In this document: positions 52,848 to 61,692 of the stretch, piece after piece
Numbering within the stretch: position 1 is the first letter of the stretch
Layout: each line of letters opens with the position of its first letter
Program-made: the position numbers and the translations under genes
The notes under the pieces: model-generated
The model's input: the letters and a program-made list of their open reading frames with translations, nothing else
Databases searched by the model: none
Told to the model about the DNA's origin: nothing
Assembly (NCBI GenBank): GCA_051876105.1
Contig: JBJEHN010000072.1
Location: forward strand, 6,282-70,281
DNA: 64,000 nucleotides
Reading direction: 5' to 3'
From: Coriobacteriales bacterium
Lineage (GTDB): Bacteria > Actinomycetota > Coriobacteriia > Coriobacteriales > QAMH01

Positions 52848-53807
52848 CTAGGCACCTCCCATCAGCAGGCTCAAAACAGCGGTTTGGATGTGGAGCAGGT
52901 TCTCCACCTGCTCGGCTGCGGTGCAGCAGGGGTCCTGGGCGAGCTCGGCGTCGACCTCGGTGCCGCGCGCCGCCGGGTGCGACCACAGCAGCAGGGCGCC
53001 GGGGGCCGCCTGGCCCATGAGCGCGGCGTCGACGAGCGGCGCGCCCGGGCCGACCGTCACAGCTGCAGCTCCCTGCAGGGCCTCTGCCACGCTGGCCGCC
53101 ATGCGGATGGCACCGCCGGTGCGCTGGGCCGTCTGACGGCACTCGTCAAGCAGCTCCTGCTCGGGCTGGCCGCCCTGCGGGTCCCACACGGCAAGCTCCG
53201 CACCCGCGAGCGCCGCCATGGCCAGGTAGCTCGCCGCCAGAGGGCCCTGCGCGCTGCCCAGGTAGGCGATGGGCGCACCCTCCAAGCCGCCCAGGTTCTC
53301 CGCCAGGGTCATGGCGTCTGCCAGGGCCTGCAGGGGCTGGGCGTCCGGGCCGCCGGCGTTGACCACGGGGGCCTGCGCCCACTCCGCCAGCTCCTCGAGC
53401 AGCGCGCCCGGCGCCCCGTCGGCCACGATGCACGAGCAGCAGAGGTCGAGCAGCAGCGCCGCGTCTTGCGGCGCGTCCTCGCCCTGGAGCACATCCGCGC
53501 CCTCCGGCACGGCCAGGCAGCTGCCGCCCAAGCGCGCCACAGAGGCCTCCATCGCCGTGCGGCGCGGCCACGCGGGCGCGGCCATGAGCAGGGCGGCGGT
53601 GCTGCCCTCCATCACCAGGTCCGGGGCCACCACGCCCTGCTCCTCCTTGAGCACAGCGGCAGTGTTGAGCACGAGGTCGAACTCGTCAGGCGTGAGCTCG
53701 GCCAGGCGCAGCAGGTCACGCCCCGCGAGCTTGGGGCCGCCGTGGCAGGCGCTGCGCATGGCCTCCTCGATGGCGCTCAGGTCGATGTCGAAGTCGAAGT
53801 CGGGCAC
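52848..53807 (-). CDS. Ornithine carbamoyltransferase-like protein at the argF position, with non-canonical catalytic motifs
   Basis: It aligns along its length with the OTCase fold (RDLLRLAELTPDEF..., ...APVVNAGG..QPLQALAD..TL..., ...AEQVENLLHIQTAVL...). However STRTR, HPxQ, SMG and HCLP are replaced. Start is GTG 53807 (after GAGAGGAG) or ATG 53759. Confidence 0.6.
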   Translation of the reverse strand: MPDFDFDIDLSAIEEAMRSACHGGPKLAGRDLLRLAELTPDEFDLVLNTAAVLKEEQGVVAPDLVMEGSTAALLMAAPAWPRRTAMEASVARLGGSCLAVPEGADVLQGEDAPQDAALLLDLCCSCIVADGAPGALLEELAEWAQAPVVNAGGPDAQPLQALADAMTLAENLGGLEGAPIAYLGSAQGPLAASYLAMAALAGAELAVWDPQGGQPEQELLDECRQTAQRTGGAIRMAASVAEALQGAAAVTVGPGAPLVDAALMGQAAPGALLLWSHPAARGTEVDAELAQDPCCTAAEQVENLLHIQTAVLSLLMGGA

Positions 53808-53824
53808 AGGGGCTCCTCTCTGCG

Positions 53825-55045
53825 CTAGGCCAGGGCCTCTTCGTAGCACGCGGGCAGCTTGGCCACCAGCACGTCCACGTCTTCCTTGGTGCAGACCAGC
53901 GGCGGCAAGAAGCGCATGATGTCTGCGGCGGGGTTGTTGAGCACCAGGCCGTGCCCCTGGCCGGCGAGCACCACCTTGCCGGCCACCGGCTGCTCCAGGC
54001 TGATGCCGCACATCAGGCCCTTGCCGCGCACCTGCGTGACGAAGGGCAGCTCGCCCAGCTTCTCGCGCAGGTAGGCACCCGTCTCGTTGACGTTTTCCGC
54101 AAAGCCGGGGGCGGACATGAGCGCGGTGACGGCCTCGCTCGCGGCGCAGGCCAGGGGGCTGCCGCCGAAGGTGGTCCCGTGCATGCCGGGCCTCATCACC
54201 TGGGCCACGCCCTCGCGCGCGGCAAAGGCGCCCATGGGAACGCCGCCGGCGATGCCCTTTGCCATGCTCACGATGTCCGGCTGCACCCCGTAGGTCTGGA
54301 AGGCGAAGGGTGCCCCGCAGCGGAAGAAGCCCGTCTGGACCTCGTCGAAGATGAGCAGCATGTTGTGCTCGTCGCAGATGCGGCGCGCTGCCTCCAGGTA
54401 CTCCTGGGTGCAGGGCCACACGCCGCTCTCGCCCTGGACGGGCTCGAGCATCACGGCAACGGGCATGGTGCCGTCGACGGGCGTGACCGCGGCGGCCTCC
54501 AGGGCGGCGACGTCGTTGAGGGGCACGTGCGCAAAGCCCTGCGGCAGCGGCGCGAAGGGGTCTTGCTTGGCGTCCTGCGCGGTGGCGGCCAGGGTGGCGT
54601 AGGTGCGCCCGTGGAACGACTTGTTCGCCGTGATGATGCCGTAGTTGCCGCCGGCGTTCTCCTTGCCCCAGCGGCGCGCCGTCTTGATGGCGCCCTCGTT
54701 GGCCTCGGCGCCGCTGTTGGCGAAGAACACGCGCCAGGGCTCGGCGCTGCCCCCCTGCAGCCAGGAGGTGATGCGCTCGGCCACGGTGCCGCGGTGCTCC
54801 ACGTAGTAGTAGTTGCTCACGTGCAGCAGCTTGGCGGCCTGCTCCTGGATGGCGGCCACCAGGCTGGGCTCGCTGTGCCCCACGCTCACCACGCCGATGC
54901 CGCTGAGGAAGTCCAGGTACTCGCGGCCCTCGTCGTCGTAGAGGTGCATGCCCTCGCCGCGGACGAACTCCACCGGCTTGCGGGCGAAGGTCTGCATCAC
55001 GTGGAGCTCGTCGAGCTCCCTCTCCTTCTCGAACTGAATGCCCAT
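53825..55045 (-). CDS. argD: Acetylornithine aminotransferase
   Basis: Class-III PLP aminotransferase: ...FANSGAEANEGAIK...DEVQTGF-R-G...SMAKGIAGG...TFGGSPLA. Confidence 0.9.
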   Translation of the reverse strand: MGIQFEKERELDELHVMQTFARKPVEFVRGEGMHLYDDEGREYLDFLSGIGVVSVGHSEPSLVAAIQEQAAKLLHVSNYYYVEHRGTVAERITSWLQGGSAEPWRVFFANSGAEANEGAIKTARRWGKENAGGNYGIITANKSFHGRTYATLAATAQDAKQDPFAPLPQGFAHVPLNDVAALEAAAVTPVDGTMPVAVMLEPVQGESGVWPCTQEYLEAARRICDEHNMLLIFDEVQTGFFRCGAPFAFQTYGVQPDIVSMAKGIAGGVPMGAFAAREGVAQVMRPGMHGTTFGGSPLACAASEAVTALMSAPGFAENVNETGAYLREKLGELPFVTQVRGKGLMCGISLEQPVAGKVVLAGQGHGLVLNNPAADIMRFLPPLVCTKEDVDVLVAKLPACYEEALA

Positions 55046-55084
55046 CGGGGCCTCCTTCTCTCTTCTCGTGCGCGCCGGCAGCCG

Positions 55085-56086
55085 CTAGAGGACGGCGCTG
55101 CCGCAGGGGGTCTGGACGCTGCTCTCGAGCTTGGCGGCGAAGTTGCTCACCGGCGCCTCGACGAAGGTCGGGTCCATGCGGTCGTCCAATGAGCGGACGA
55201 TGAGAGTGCCCACGCCGTCGTCGGTGAAGATCTCGAGCACCAGGGAGTGCAGGATGGTGCCGTTGATGATGTGCGCCTTCTGCACGCCGGCGGAAAGCGC
55301 GGTGACGCAGGCGTTGATCTTGGGGATCATCCCCTTGGAAAGCGTCCCGCTCTCTGCCAGCTCCACCGCCTCCTGCAGCGCCATGCGCAGCACCAGGGTC
55401 GACTTGTCGCTGAAGTCCGTGTAGAGGCCGTCGACGTCTGTCATGAAGACGATCTTCTGCGCGCCCAGGGCCGCGGCGATCTCTCCGGCGGCGGTGTCAG
55501 CGTTGATGTTGAAGTCGCCGTCCTTGCCGTAGCCCACGGTGGCGATGACGGGGATGTAGTCGGCGCTGATGAGGTCCTCGATGAGGCGGGTGTCGACGGT
55601 GTCGACCTTGCCCACGCGCCCCAGCTCCGGGCTGAGCTGGGAGGCCTGGATGATCTTGGCGTCCGCGCCGTTGAGACCCACGGCGATGGCGCCGTGGGAG
55701 TTGATGGAGCGCACCAGCTCCTGGTTGACCTTGCCCACCAGCGTCATCTTGGCCACCTCCATGGTGGCCTCGTCTGTCACGCGCTGGCCGTTGCTCCAGT
55801 GCACGGGGATGTCCATGCGGCCCATCATCTCGGTGATGGCCGGGCCGCCGCCGTGCACGATCACGGGGTTGGCGCCCATGAGCTTGAGCATGATGAGGTC
55901 GTTGACCACGGCTTCGCGCAGGTCCTCCTGGACCATGGCCGCGCCGCCGTACTTGATGACGACTGTCTTGCCGGTGATGTCCTCGATCCAGGGCATCATC
56001 TCCATCAGGGCCTGGGCGCGCGCCGCGTGGGGCAGCTCGCCCAGCTCCTTGATGCTCACTTCCTGGTACTGCTTGCGATAAATCAT
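55085..56086 (-). CDS. argB: Acetylglutamate kinase
   Basis: ...GKTVVIKYGGAAM...PVIVHGGGP...GQRVTD...NINADTAAG... Confidence 0.93.
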   Translation of the reverse strand: MIYRKQYQEVSIKELGELPHAARAQALMEMMPWIEDITGKTVVIKYGGAAMVQEDLREAVVNDLIMLKLMGANPVIVHGGGPAITEMMGRMDIPVHWSNGQRVTDEATMEVAKMTLVGKVNQELVRSINSHGAIAVGLNGADAKIIQASQLSPELGRVGKVDTVDTRLIEDLISADYIPVIATVGYGKDGDFNINADTAAGEIAAALGAQKIVFMTDVDGLYTDFSDKSTLVLRMALQEAVELAESGTLSKGMIPKINACVTALSAGVQKAHIINGTILHSLVLEIFTDDGVGTLIVRSLDDRMDPTFVEAPVSNFAAKLESSVQTPCGSAVL

Positions 56087-56137
56087 GGCTTCCTTCTCGT
56101 CCTCGGGTCCCTCCGCTTGCCGGCTGCCGCGCGGCGC

Positions 56138-57367
56138 CTAGGTGCGGTAGTCCCCGTTGATGGTGATGTAGTCGTGCGTGAAGTCGCAGGTCCACATGCG
56201 GGTGGAGTGCTCGCCTGCGCCCATCCTCACGTCGATGGTGATCTCCGGTTGCTCGAAGCGACGCAGGGCCTCGTCCTCGTCGAAGCCGCAGGGCAGGCCG
56301 GCGCGCATCACGGGCATGCCCATGATGTCGATGTCCACGTCCTCCTGCCTGAAGGCGGCTCCGCTGCGGCCCAGGGCGGCAGCGATGCGGCCCCAGTTGC
56401 AGTCGTGGCCGGCGATGGCGGTCTTCACTAGCGGCGAGTTGGCGATGGTGCGCGCCGCCTTGTCCGCGTCCTGCTCGCTGGCCGCCCCGCTCACGGTGAC
56501 GGTCACGAGCTTCGAGGCGCCCTCTCCGTCTGCAGCCATCTTGCGCGCGAGGCTCTCGCACAGGGCGCCCAGCGCCTGGCAGAAGGCCTCGTAGCCCTCG
56601 GTGCCCGGCTGCAGCAGCGGGCCGCCTGCAGCGCCGTTTGCCAGGCAGAAGCAGGAGTCGTTGGTGGAGGTGTCGCTGTCTACGGTGACCTTGTTGAACG
56701 AGCGGTCCACCGCTGCCTTGAGCGCCTGGCGCAGCGCAGCGGGCTCGAGCGCGGCATCCGTGGTGATGACGGCGAGCATGGTGGCCATGTTGGGCATGAT
56801 CATGCCGGAACCCTTTGCCATGCCGCCTATCCTGTAGCGCACGCCTTGCGCCTCGAAGGCCACGGCGCACTCCTTGGCAACCGTGTCCGTGGTCATGATG
56901 GCCTGGGCGGCTGCGGCTGCGGCCTGCGGGGTGCTGCCCAGCTCGGCCACCAGCAGGGGCAGGCCGCTGCGGTAGGGCTCGAGCGGCAGCTGCACGCCGA
57001 TAACGCCGGTGGAGGCCACGAAGACCTCGCCCTGGGGCACGCCGAGCGCCTCGGCCGCAAGGCGCTGGGACTCGAGCGCCACCTCGTCGCCGGGCTTGCC
57101 GGTTGCCGCGTTGGCGTTGCCGGAGTTGAGGATGACGGCGCGTGCGCGCCCGCCCTGGGCAACCGCGCGCGAGAGCTTGACCGGCGCCGCGCAGAACACG
57201 TTGCAGGTGAAGGTGCCGGCAGCCGCCGTGCCCTCCACTTCGGAATAGACCAAGGCGGCGTCCCTGCGCTGCGGGTTGGCCCTGAAGCCCGCGTGCACGC
57301 CCGCGGCCTTGAAGCCCGCCGGCGCAGTCACCCCGCCCTCTGTGAACTCGAACTCAATGGCGCTCAT
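56138..57367 (-). CDS. argJ: Bifunctional glutamate N-acetyltransferase/amino-acid acetyltransferase
   Basis: ...GVTAPAGFKAAG...LNSGNANA-TG...GMAKGSGMIMPNMATML (autoprocessing ATML site)...TNDS... Start ATG 57367. Confidence 0.93.
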   Translation of the reverse strand: MSAIEFEFTEGGVTAPAGFKAAGVHAGFRANPQRRDAALVYSEVEGTAAAGTFTCNVFCAAPVKLSRAVAQGGRARAVILNSGNANAATGKPGDEVALESQRLAAEALGVPQGEVFVASTGVIGVQLPLEPYRSGLPLLVAELGSTPQAAAAAAQAIMTTDTVAKECAVAFEAQGVRYRIGGMAKGSGMIMPNMATMLAVITTDAALEPAALRQALKAAVDRSFNKVTVDSDTSTNDSCFCLANGAAGGPLLQPGTEGYEAFCQALGALCESLARKMAADGEGASKLVTVTVSGAASEQDADKAARTIANSPLVKTAIAGHDCNWGRIAAALGRSGAAFRQEDVDIDIMGMPVMRAGLPCGFDEDEALRRFEQPEITIDVRMGAGEHSTRMWTCDFTHDYITINGDYRT

Positions 57368-57419
57368 CTCGCGCCCCCCTCTCTCAAAGCGCCTGCCGCG
57401 CGGCAGGCGGTGCTCTCTC

Positions 57420-58469
57420 TTACACAACCGGGCAGCTGCCGTCGAGGCCGGCTGCCTCTGCAAAGCCGAAGGCGATGTTAGCCGCCTGGACCGCCTGGCC
57501 GGCGGCGCCCTTCACCAGGTTGTCGATGGCGCAGCTGGCGATGAGCATGTCCCCCTGGGGGCTCACCTTGACGCCCACCTGGGCCCTGTTGCTGCCCTCG
57601 ACCCAAGCCGTCTGGGGCATCATGCCCTGCGGCAGCGCGGTGACGAAGGGCTCGCCCTCGTAGCGCGCGGCGTAGAGCGCGTGCGCCTGCTCGTCGGTGA
57701 GGGGCTGGGCCAACGGCAGGTAGGCGGTGGCCAGCAGGCCGCGCACCATGGGCACCAGGTGCGGGGTGAAGAGCACCTCGACGCTGCGGCCAGCGCCGCG
57801 GCTCAGGGTCTGGGCGATCTCCGGCGTGTGGCGGTGCGGCAGGCCGTAGAGGCCCACGGACTCGTCCGCGTTGCAGAAGTGCGTCTTGGCGCTGGCCTTG
57901 CGCCCGGCCCCGCTCACGCCGGAAAGCGCGGCGATGACCACGGGGCCCTGCCCCAGCAGGCCGGCCTCTGCCAGCGGCAGGCAGGCGAGCGCGGAGGCTG
58001 TGGGGTAGCAGCCCGGGCAGGAGAGCACGGGCGGCTTGGCGGCGATCTGCGCGCGGGCCGCCTCCGGCAGGGCATAGACCGCCTGGGCCAGCAGCTCGGT
58101 GCTGGTGTGCGGGGCGCCGTACCAGGCCTCGTAGACGGCCGGGTCTGCGATGCGGTAGTCAGCGGAGAGGTCCACCACCTGCACGCCGGCCGCCACCAGC
58201 TGGGGCGTCATGGCCAGCGAGGCGGTGTGCGGCACCGCCAGGAAGGCGACGTCTGCCTGGGCGGCCACGGCCGCGGCGTCATGCGGCTGGAACTCCAGGT
58301 CGCAGATGCCCAGCAGCGCGGGGTAGAGCTCGCTCATGCGCTTGCCGGCGTCTCCGGTCGAGGTGATGCAGGTGAGCTCGAAGCCCGGGTGCCCGCACAG
58401 GATGCGGACGGCCTCCGCCCCTGCGTAGCCCGCTGCCCCGACAACCGCTGCCCTCACCATCTCGACCAT
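57420..58469 (-). CDS. argC: N-acetyl-gamma-glutamyl-phosphate reductase
   Basis: ...VRAAVVGAAGYAGAE..., active-site region SCPGCYPTA. Start is ambiguous among ATGs at 58460, 58469 and 58484. Confidence 0.9.
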   Translation of the reverse strand: MVEMVRAAVVGAAGYAGAEAVRILCGHPGFELTCITSTGDAGKRMSELYPALLGICDLEFQPHDAAAVAAQADVAFLAVPHTASLAMTPQLVAAGVQVVDLSADYRIADPAVYEAWYGAPHTSTELLAQAVYALPEAARAQIAAKPPVLSCPGCYPTASALACLPLAEAGLLGQGPVVIAALSGVSGAGRKASAKTHFCNADESVGLYGLPHRHTPEIAQTLSRGAGRSVEVLFTPHLVPMVRGLLATAYLPLAQPLTDEQAHALYAARYEGEPFVTALPQGMMPQTAWVEGSNRAQVGVKVSPQGDMLIASCAIDNLVKGAAGQAVQAANIAFGFAEAAGLDGSCPVV

Positions 58470-58547
58470 CGTCCTCTCATTCATCGCACGGGCCCTCGCC
58501 CGATTTCTCACAACGTAAAGGACCCGCGGTAACGGGTCCGGTTGGTC

Positions 58548-58632
58548 ATTATGTACTTGTTTGGCACGTTCTGCAATTATTCAGCGGAAATATGCAGAAA
58601 ATTTGCAATATGGCTGCAAAAAATGCAGTTCA
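58548..58632 (-). promoter_or_regulatory. arg operon promoter (TTGCAG-17-CATAAT) overlapped by A/T-rich TGCA-N-TGCA ARG-box-like repeats
   Basis: -10 at 58548-58553 and -35 at 58571-58576 (minus strand). ARG-box-like sites are CTGCAATTATTCAG (58571-84), TATGCAGAAAATTTGCAA (58591-608) and CTGCAAAAAATGCAG (58614-28). An argR gene lies in the same operon. Confidence 0.55.
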
Positions 58633-58636
58633 GAGC

Positions 58637-59830
58637 TTAATCGAGCTCCTCACCATCCACCAGCTTGCGGGTGTCGCGCGCAATCATGAGCTCCTCGTTG
58701 GTGGGCACGATGAGCACTTTCACCTTGGAGCGCGGGTCGCTGATGACGCTCTCGACGCTCTCTGCGCGGTTGGCCTTGTGGTCGAGGATGATGCCCAGCG
58801 GCTCCAAGCCGGAGAGGATCATGCGGCGCATGCGCTCGCAGTGCTCGCCCACTCCGCCGGCAAACGAGATGGCGTCCACGCCGCCCATGACGGCGATGTA
58901 GGAGCCGATCATCTTCTTCACGCTGTTGGAGTACATGTCGTAGGCCAGGGTGGCGCGCTTGTGGCCGGCCAGGGTGGCTGCCTTGACCACGCGCAGGTCG
59001 TTGGAGAGGCCGGAGATGCCCGCCAGGCCCGACTCGCGGTTCATCAGGTTGTTGACCTCGCTGGGGGTGTAGCCCTCCTGCTCCATGAGGAAGGTGACGA
59101 TGGCGGGGTCGATGTCTCCGCAGCGGGTGCCCATCATGACGCCGCCCAGGGGCGTGAAGCCCATGGAGGTGTCTGCAGAGCGGCCATGGTCGACCGCGGT
59201 GAGCGAGCAGCCGTTGCCCAGGTGGCAGGTGATGATCTTGAGGTCCTGCAGGGGGCGCTCGAGCAGCTCGGCCGTGCGGGCCGCGATGTAGCGGTGGCTG
59301 GTGCCGTGGGCGCCGTACTTGCGGATGCCGTAGCGCTCGTAGAACTCGTAGGGCAGGGCGTACATGTAGTTGCGCGGGGCCAGGGTCTGGTGGAACGCGG
59401 TGTCGAAGACGACGGCGTTGGGCACGCCGGGCATGAGCTCCTGGCAGGCGTTGATGCACTTGAGAGCGGGAGGGTTGTGCAGCGGGGCGAGCTCCGAGAG
59501 AGCCTCGATGTCTGCCAGGACCTGCTCGTCGACGAGCACGCTCTTGTCGAACTTCTCGCCGCCGTGGACGACGCGGTGGCCGATGGCGTCGATCATGTCC
59601 AGGCTGCCGAGGTCGTTGACGAGGGTGTCGATGACGACCTCCATGGCCTCGAGGTGGTTCTTCATGGGCTTGGTGATGACCTTGTTGTCATCGCTGTACC
59701 ACTGCTTGCAGAAGGCGTCGTCGCAGCCGACCTTCTCGCAAAGGCCCTTGGCAATGACGCTCTCGTCGTCCATGTTGATGACCTGGTACTTCAGGGAAGA
59801 GCTGCCTGCGTTGATTACGAGTACGTTCAT
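58637..59830 (-). CDS. ackA: Acetate kinase (paralog 2)
   Basis: MNVLVINAGSSSLKYQV...HRVVHGGEKF...LAPLHNP...FDTAFHQTL...YGAHGTSH...GTRCGDIDP. Start ATG 59830; the track extension is spurious. Confidence 0.9.
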   Translation of the reverse strand: MNVLVINAGSSSLKYQVINMDDESVIAKGLCEKVGCDDAFCKQWYSDDNKVITKPMKNHLEAMEVVIDTLVNDLGSLDMIDAIGHRVVHGGEKFDKSVLVDEQVLADIEALSELAPLHNPPALKCINACQELMPGVPNAVVFDTAFHQTLAPRNYMYALPYEFYERYGIRKYGAHGTSHRYIAARTAELLERPLQDLKIITCHLGNGCSLTAVDHGRSADTSMGFTPLGGVMMGTRCGDIDPAIVTFLMEQEGYTPSEVNNLMNRESGLAGISGLSNDLRVVKAATLAGHKRATLAYDMYSNSVKKMIGSYIAVMGGVDAISFAGGVGEHCERMRRMILSGLEPLGIILDHKANRAESVESVISDPRSKVKVLIVPTNEELMIARDTRKLVDGEELD

Positions 59831-59962
59831 GCTCTCTCTTTCGGAGTAATGGCGCCGTGCCGGCATGTGATTATCTGCGGACTCCGGCCATTCTCTCACA
59901 CGGGCCCCGCGCTTCACACTCCCTTGCCTGCCAGTGGCTTGCACCCGCTGCCCAGGAGGCGC

Positions 59963-60208
59963 CTAGCTCAGCCTGGTGTCCACCTCGTCACCCTCGTCCG
60001 GCTGGAGCTCGCCCATGAGCACGGTGACCTTCTGCTGGGCGGTGTCGAGCTTCTTCTTCAGGGCGCCCAGCAGCTCCACGCCGCGCTCGTAGCTCTCGAT
60101 GCTCTGCTCCAGCTCCAGCTGGTTGGACTCCAGTGCCTTGACGATGGAGTCGAGCTCCATCAGACCGTCCTTGAAGCTCAGCTCCTCGATGTTGCTGCTC
60201 ATCTTCAT
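59963..60208 (-). CDS. xseB: Exodeoxyribonuclease VII small subunit
   Basis: 81 aa: ...LSFKDGLMELDSIVKALESNQLELEQSIESYERGVELL... Confidence 0.9.
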   Translation of the reverse strand: MKMSSNIEELSFKDGLMELDSIVKALESNQLELEQSIESYERGVELLGALKKKLDTAQQKVTVLMGELQPDEGDEVDTRLS

Positions 60209-60260
60209 GCTCCTCGTCTCGTGTTGAAGGCTTGCTTGCTCAGTGGGCCCGTGCGCGCTG

Positions 60261-61613
60261 CTAGCCCGCCGGGGTGACGCTGTTGACCGTGCAGCCCAGG
60301 CTGCCGTCCTCCACGCGCAGGGTGATGGTGCTGCCGGGGGCGACGCCCTCCACGCTCTTCACTATGCCCGGGCCCTCGCCGCTGTAGGCGATCGAGTACC
60401 CGCGCGAAAGCGTCTTCAAGGGCGAGAGCGCGTCCAGCCGCGCAGCCGCCAGCGCCAGCTGCCTGCCCTGCTGTTGTGCAAGGCTGCCGCCTATGCCCTG
60501 CAGCGCCTGCTGCATGCGGCCCAGCTGAGCAGTGCGGGCCGCCAGGGCGTTGGGGATGGCCCGCCGCAGGCGCAGCTCTGCCATGCCGAGTTGGGCGCTG
60601 TTCTCCCTGACCAGCGCGGGCAGGGCGCGGCCCAGGCGCTCGCTGGCCATGTCCAGGCCCTGGGCCCAAGAGCCCAGCAGGTAGTTCTGGTCGTGCCAGA
60701 GGGGGCGGTCCTGCAGGCGGGCGAGCCGGTGCTGCAAGCCCTCTATGCGCTGGGCGTAGGCGCTGTTGAGCGCGCGGGTGGCGTTGTCAACCTTGCGGGC
60801 GAGCTCCTCCACAGAGGGCGCGATGGCCTCTGCGGCGGCTGTGGGGGTCGAGCAGCGGCGGTCTGCCACCATGTCTGCGATGGAGTTGTCTGGCTCGTGG
60901 CCGATGCCGGTGACCACGGGGATGCTGCAGGCCGCGACCGCGCGGGCCAGCGCCTCGTCGTTGAAGGGCATGAGGTCCTCGTAGGAGCCGCCGCCGCGCA
61001 CCAGCAAGACGACATCTGGCGCCGGCACCGTGGCTTGGGCGGCAGCCAGGGCCTCGCACATGTAGCGCGGGGCCTCTGCGCCCTCAACCGGCACGCCGTA
61101 GACCATGAGCTCCCCCAGGGGGTAGCGGCGGCGCAGGGTGCGCATGACGTCCTTGATGGCCTTGCCACGCGGGGAGGTGATGACGGCGATGCGCTTGGGC
61201 AGGGCGGGGGTGCGGCGCTTGCGGGCCGGGTCCATGAGGCCCTCGCGCTGCAGGCGCTGGGCAAGCTGGGCCACGCGCATGCGCAGGCTGCCCTCTCCCG
61301 CCACCTGGATCTTGCGGACGGAGAACTGCATCCTGCCCTTGGCCGGGTAGCAGCTGAAGTTGCCTGTGAGCTGCACCATCATGCCCTGGGCGAGTTCCAC
61401 GCCGGCGGCGGAGTAGACGTTGCGCCACATGAGGCAGGGCATGGCGCAGTTGTCGTCGCGTATGGTGAAGTAGATGGCCTTGTAACCCGGCTTGTCGCTG
61501 AACTCGGATATCTCCCCCACCACGGTGAGGAAGATGGACTCGAGCCCGCGCTTGGCGATCTCCATCGCCTGGCTGACCGTGCAGGCCTCCCGGCCCTGCT
61601 GCTCCTCGCTCAC
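60261..61613 (-). CDS. xseA: Exodeoxyribonuclease VII large subunit
   Basis: OB-fold N-terminus (VVGEISEFSDKPGYKAIYFTIRD), ...IAVITSPRGKAIKD...RGGGSYEDL...IGHEPD... The start is probably GTG 61613, 7 nt after AAGGAGG. The track start 61619 abuts the RBS. Confidence 0.9.
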   Translation of the reverse strand: MSEEQQGREACTVSQAMEIAKRGLESIFLTVVGEISEFSDKPGYKAIYFTIRDDNCAMPCLMWRNVYSAAGVELAQGMMVQLTGNFSCYPAKGRMQFSVRKIQVAGEGSLRMRVAQLAQRLQREGLMDPARKRRTPALPKRIAVITSPRGKAIKDVMRTLRRRYPLGELMVYGVPVEGAEAPRYMCEALAAAQATVPAPDVVLLVRGGGSYEDLMPFNDEALARAVAACSIPVVTGIGHEPDNSIADMVADRRCSTPTAAAEAIAPSVEELARKVDNATRALNSAYAQRIEGLQHRLARLQDRPLWHDQNYLLGSWAQGLDMASERLGRALPALVRENSAQLGMAELRLRRAIPNALAARTAQLGRMQQALQGIGGSLAQQQGRQLALAAARLDALSPLKTLSRGYSIAYSGEGPGIVKSVEGVAPGSTITLRVEDGSLGCTVNSVTPAG

Positions 61614-61692
61614 GCACACCTCCTTGCTCGCCGCGCTGCTTGCGCTGTGGTTCCACAGTCTACCAAGGGGGTGTGACAGAAGCTCAGCGCGC

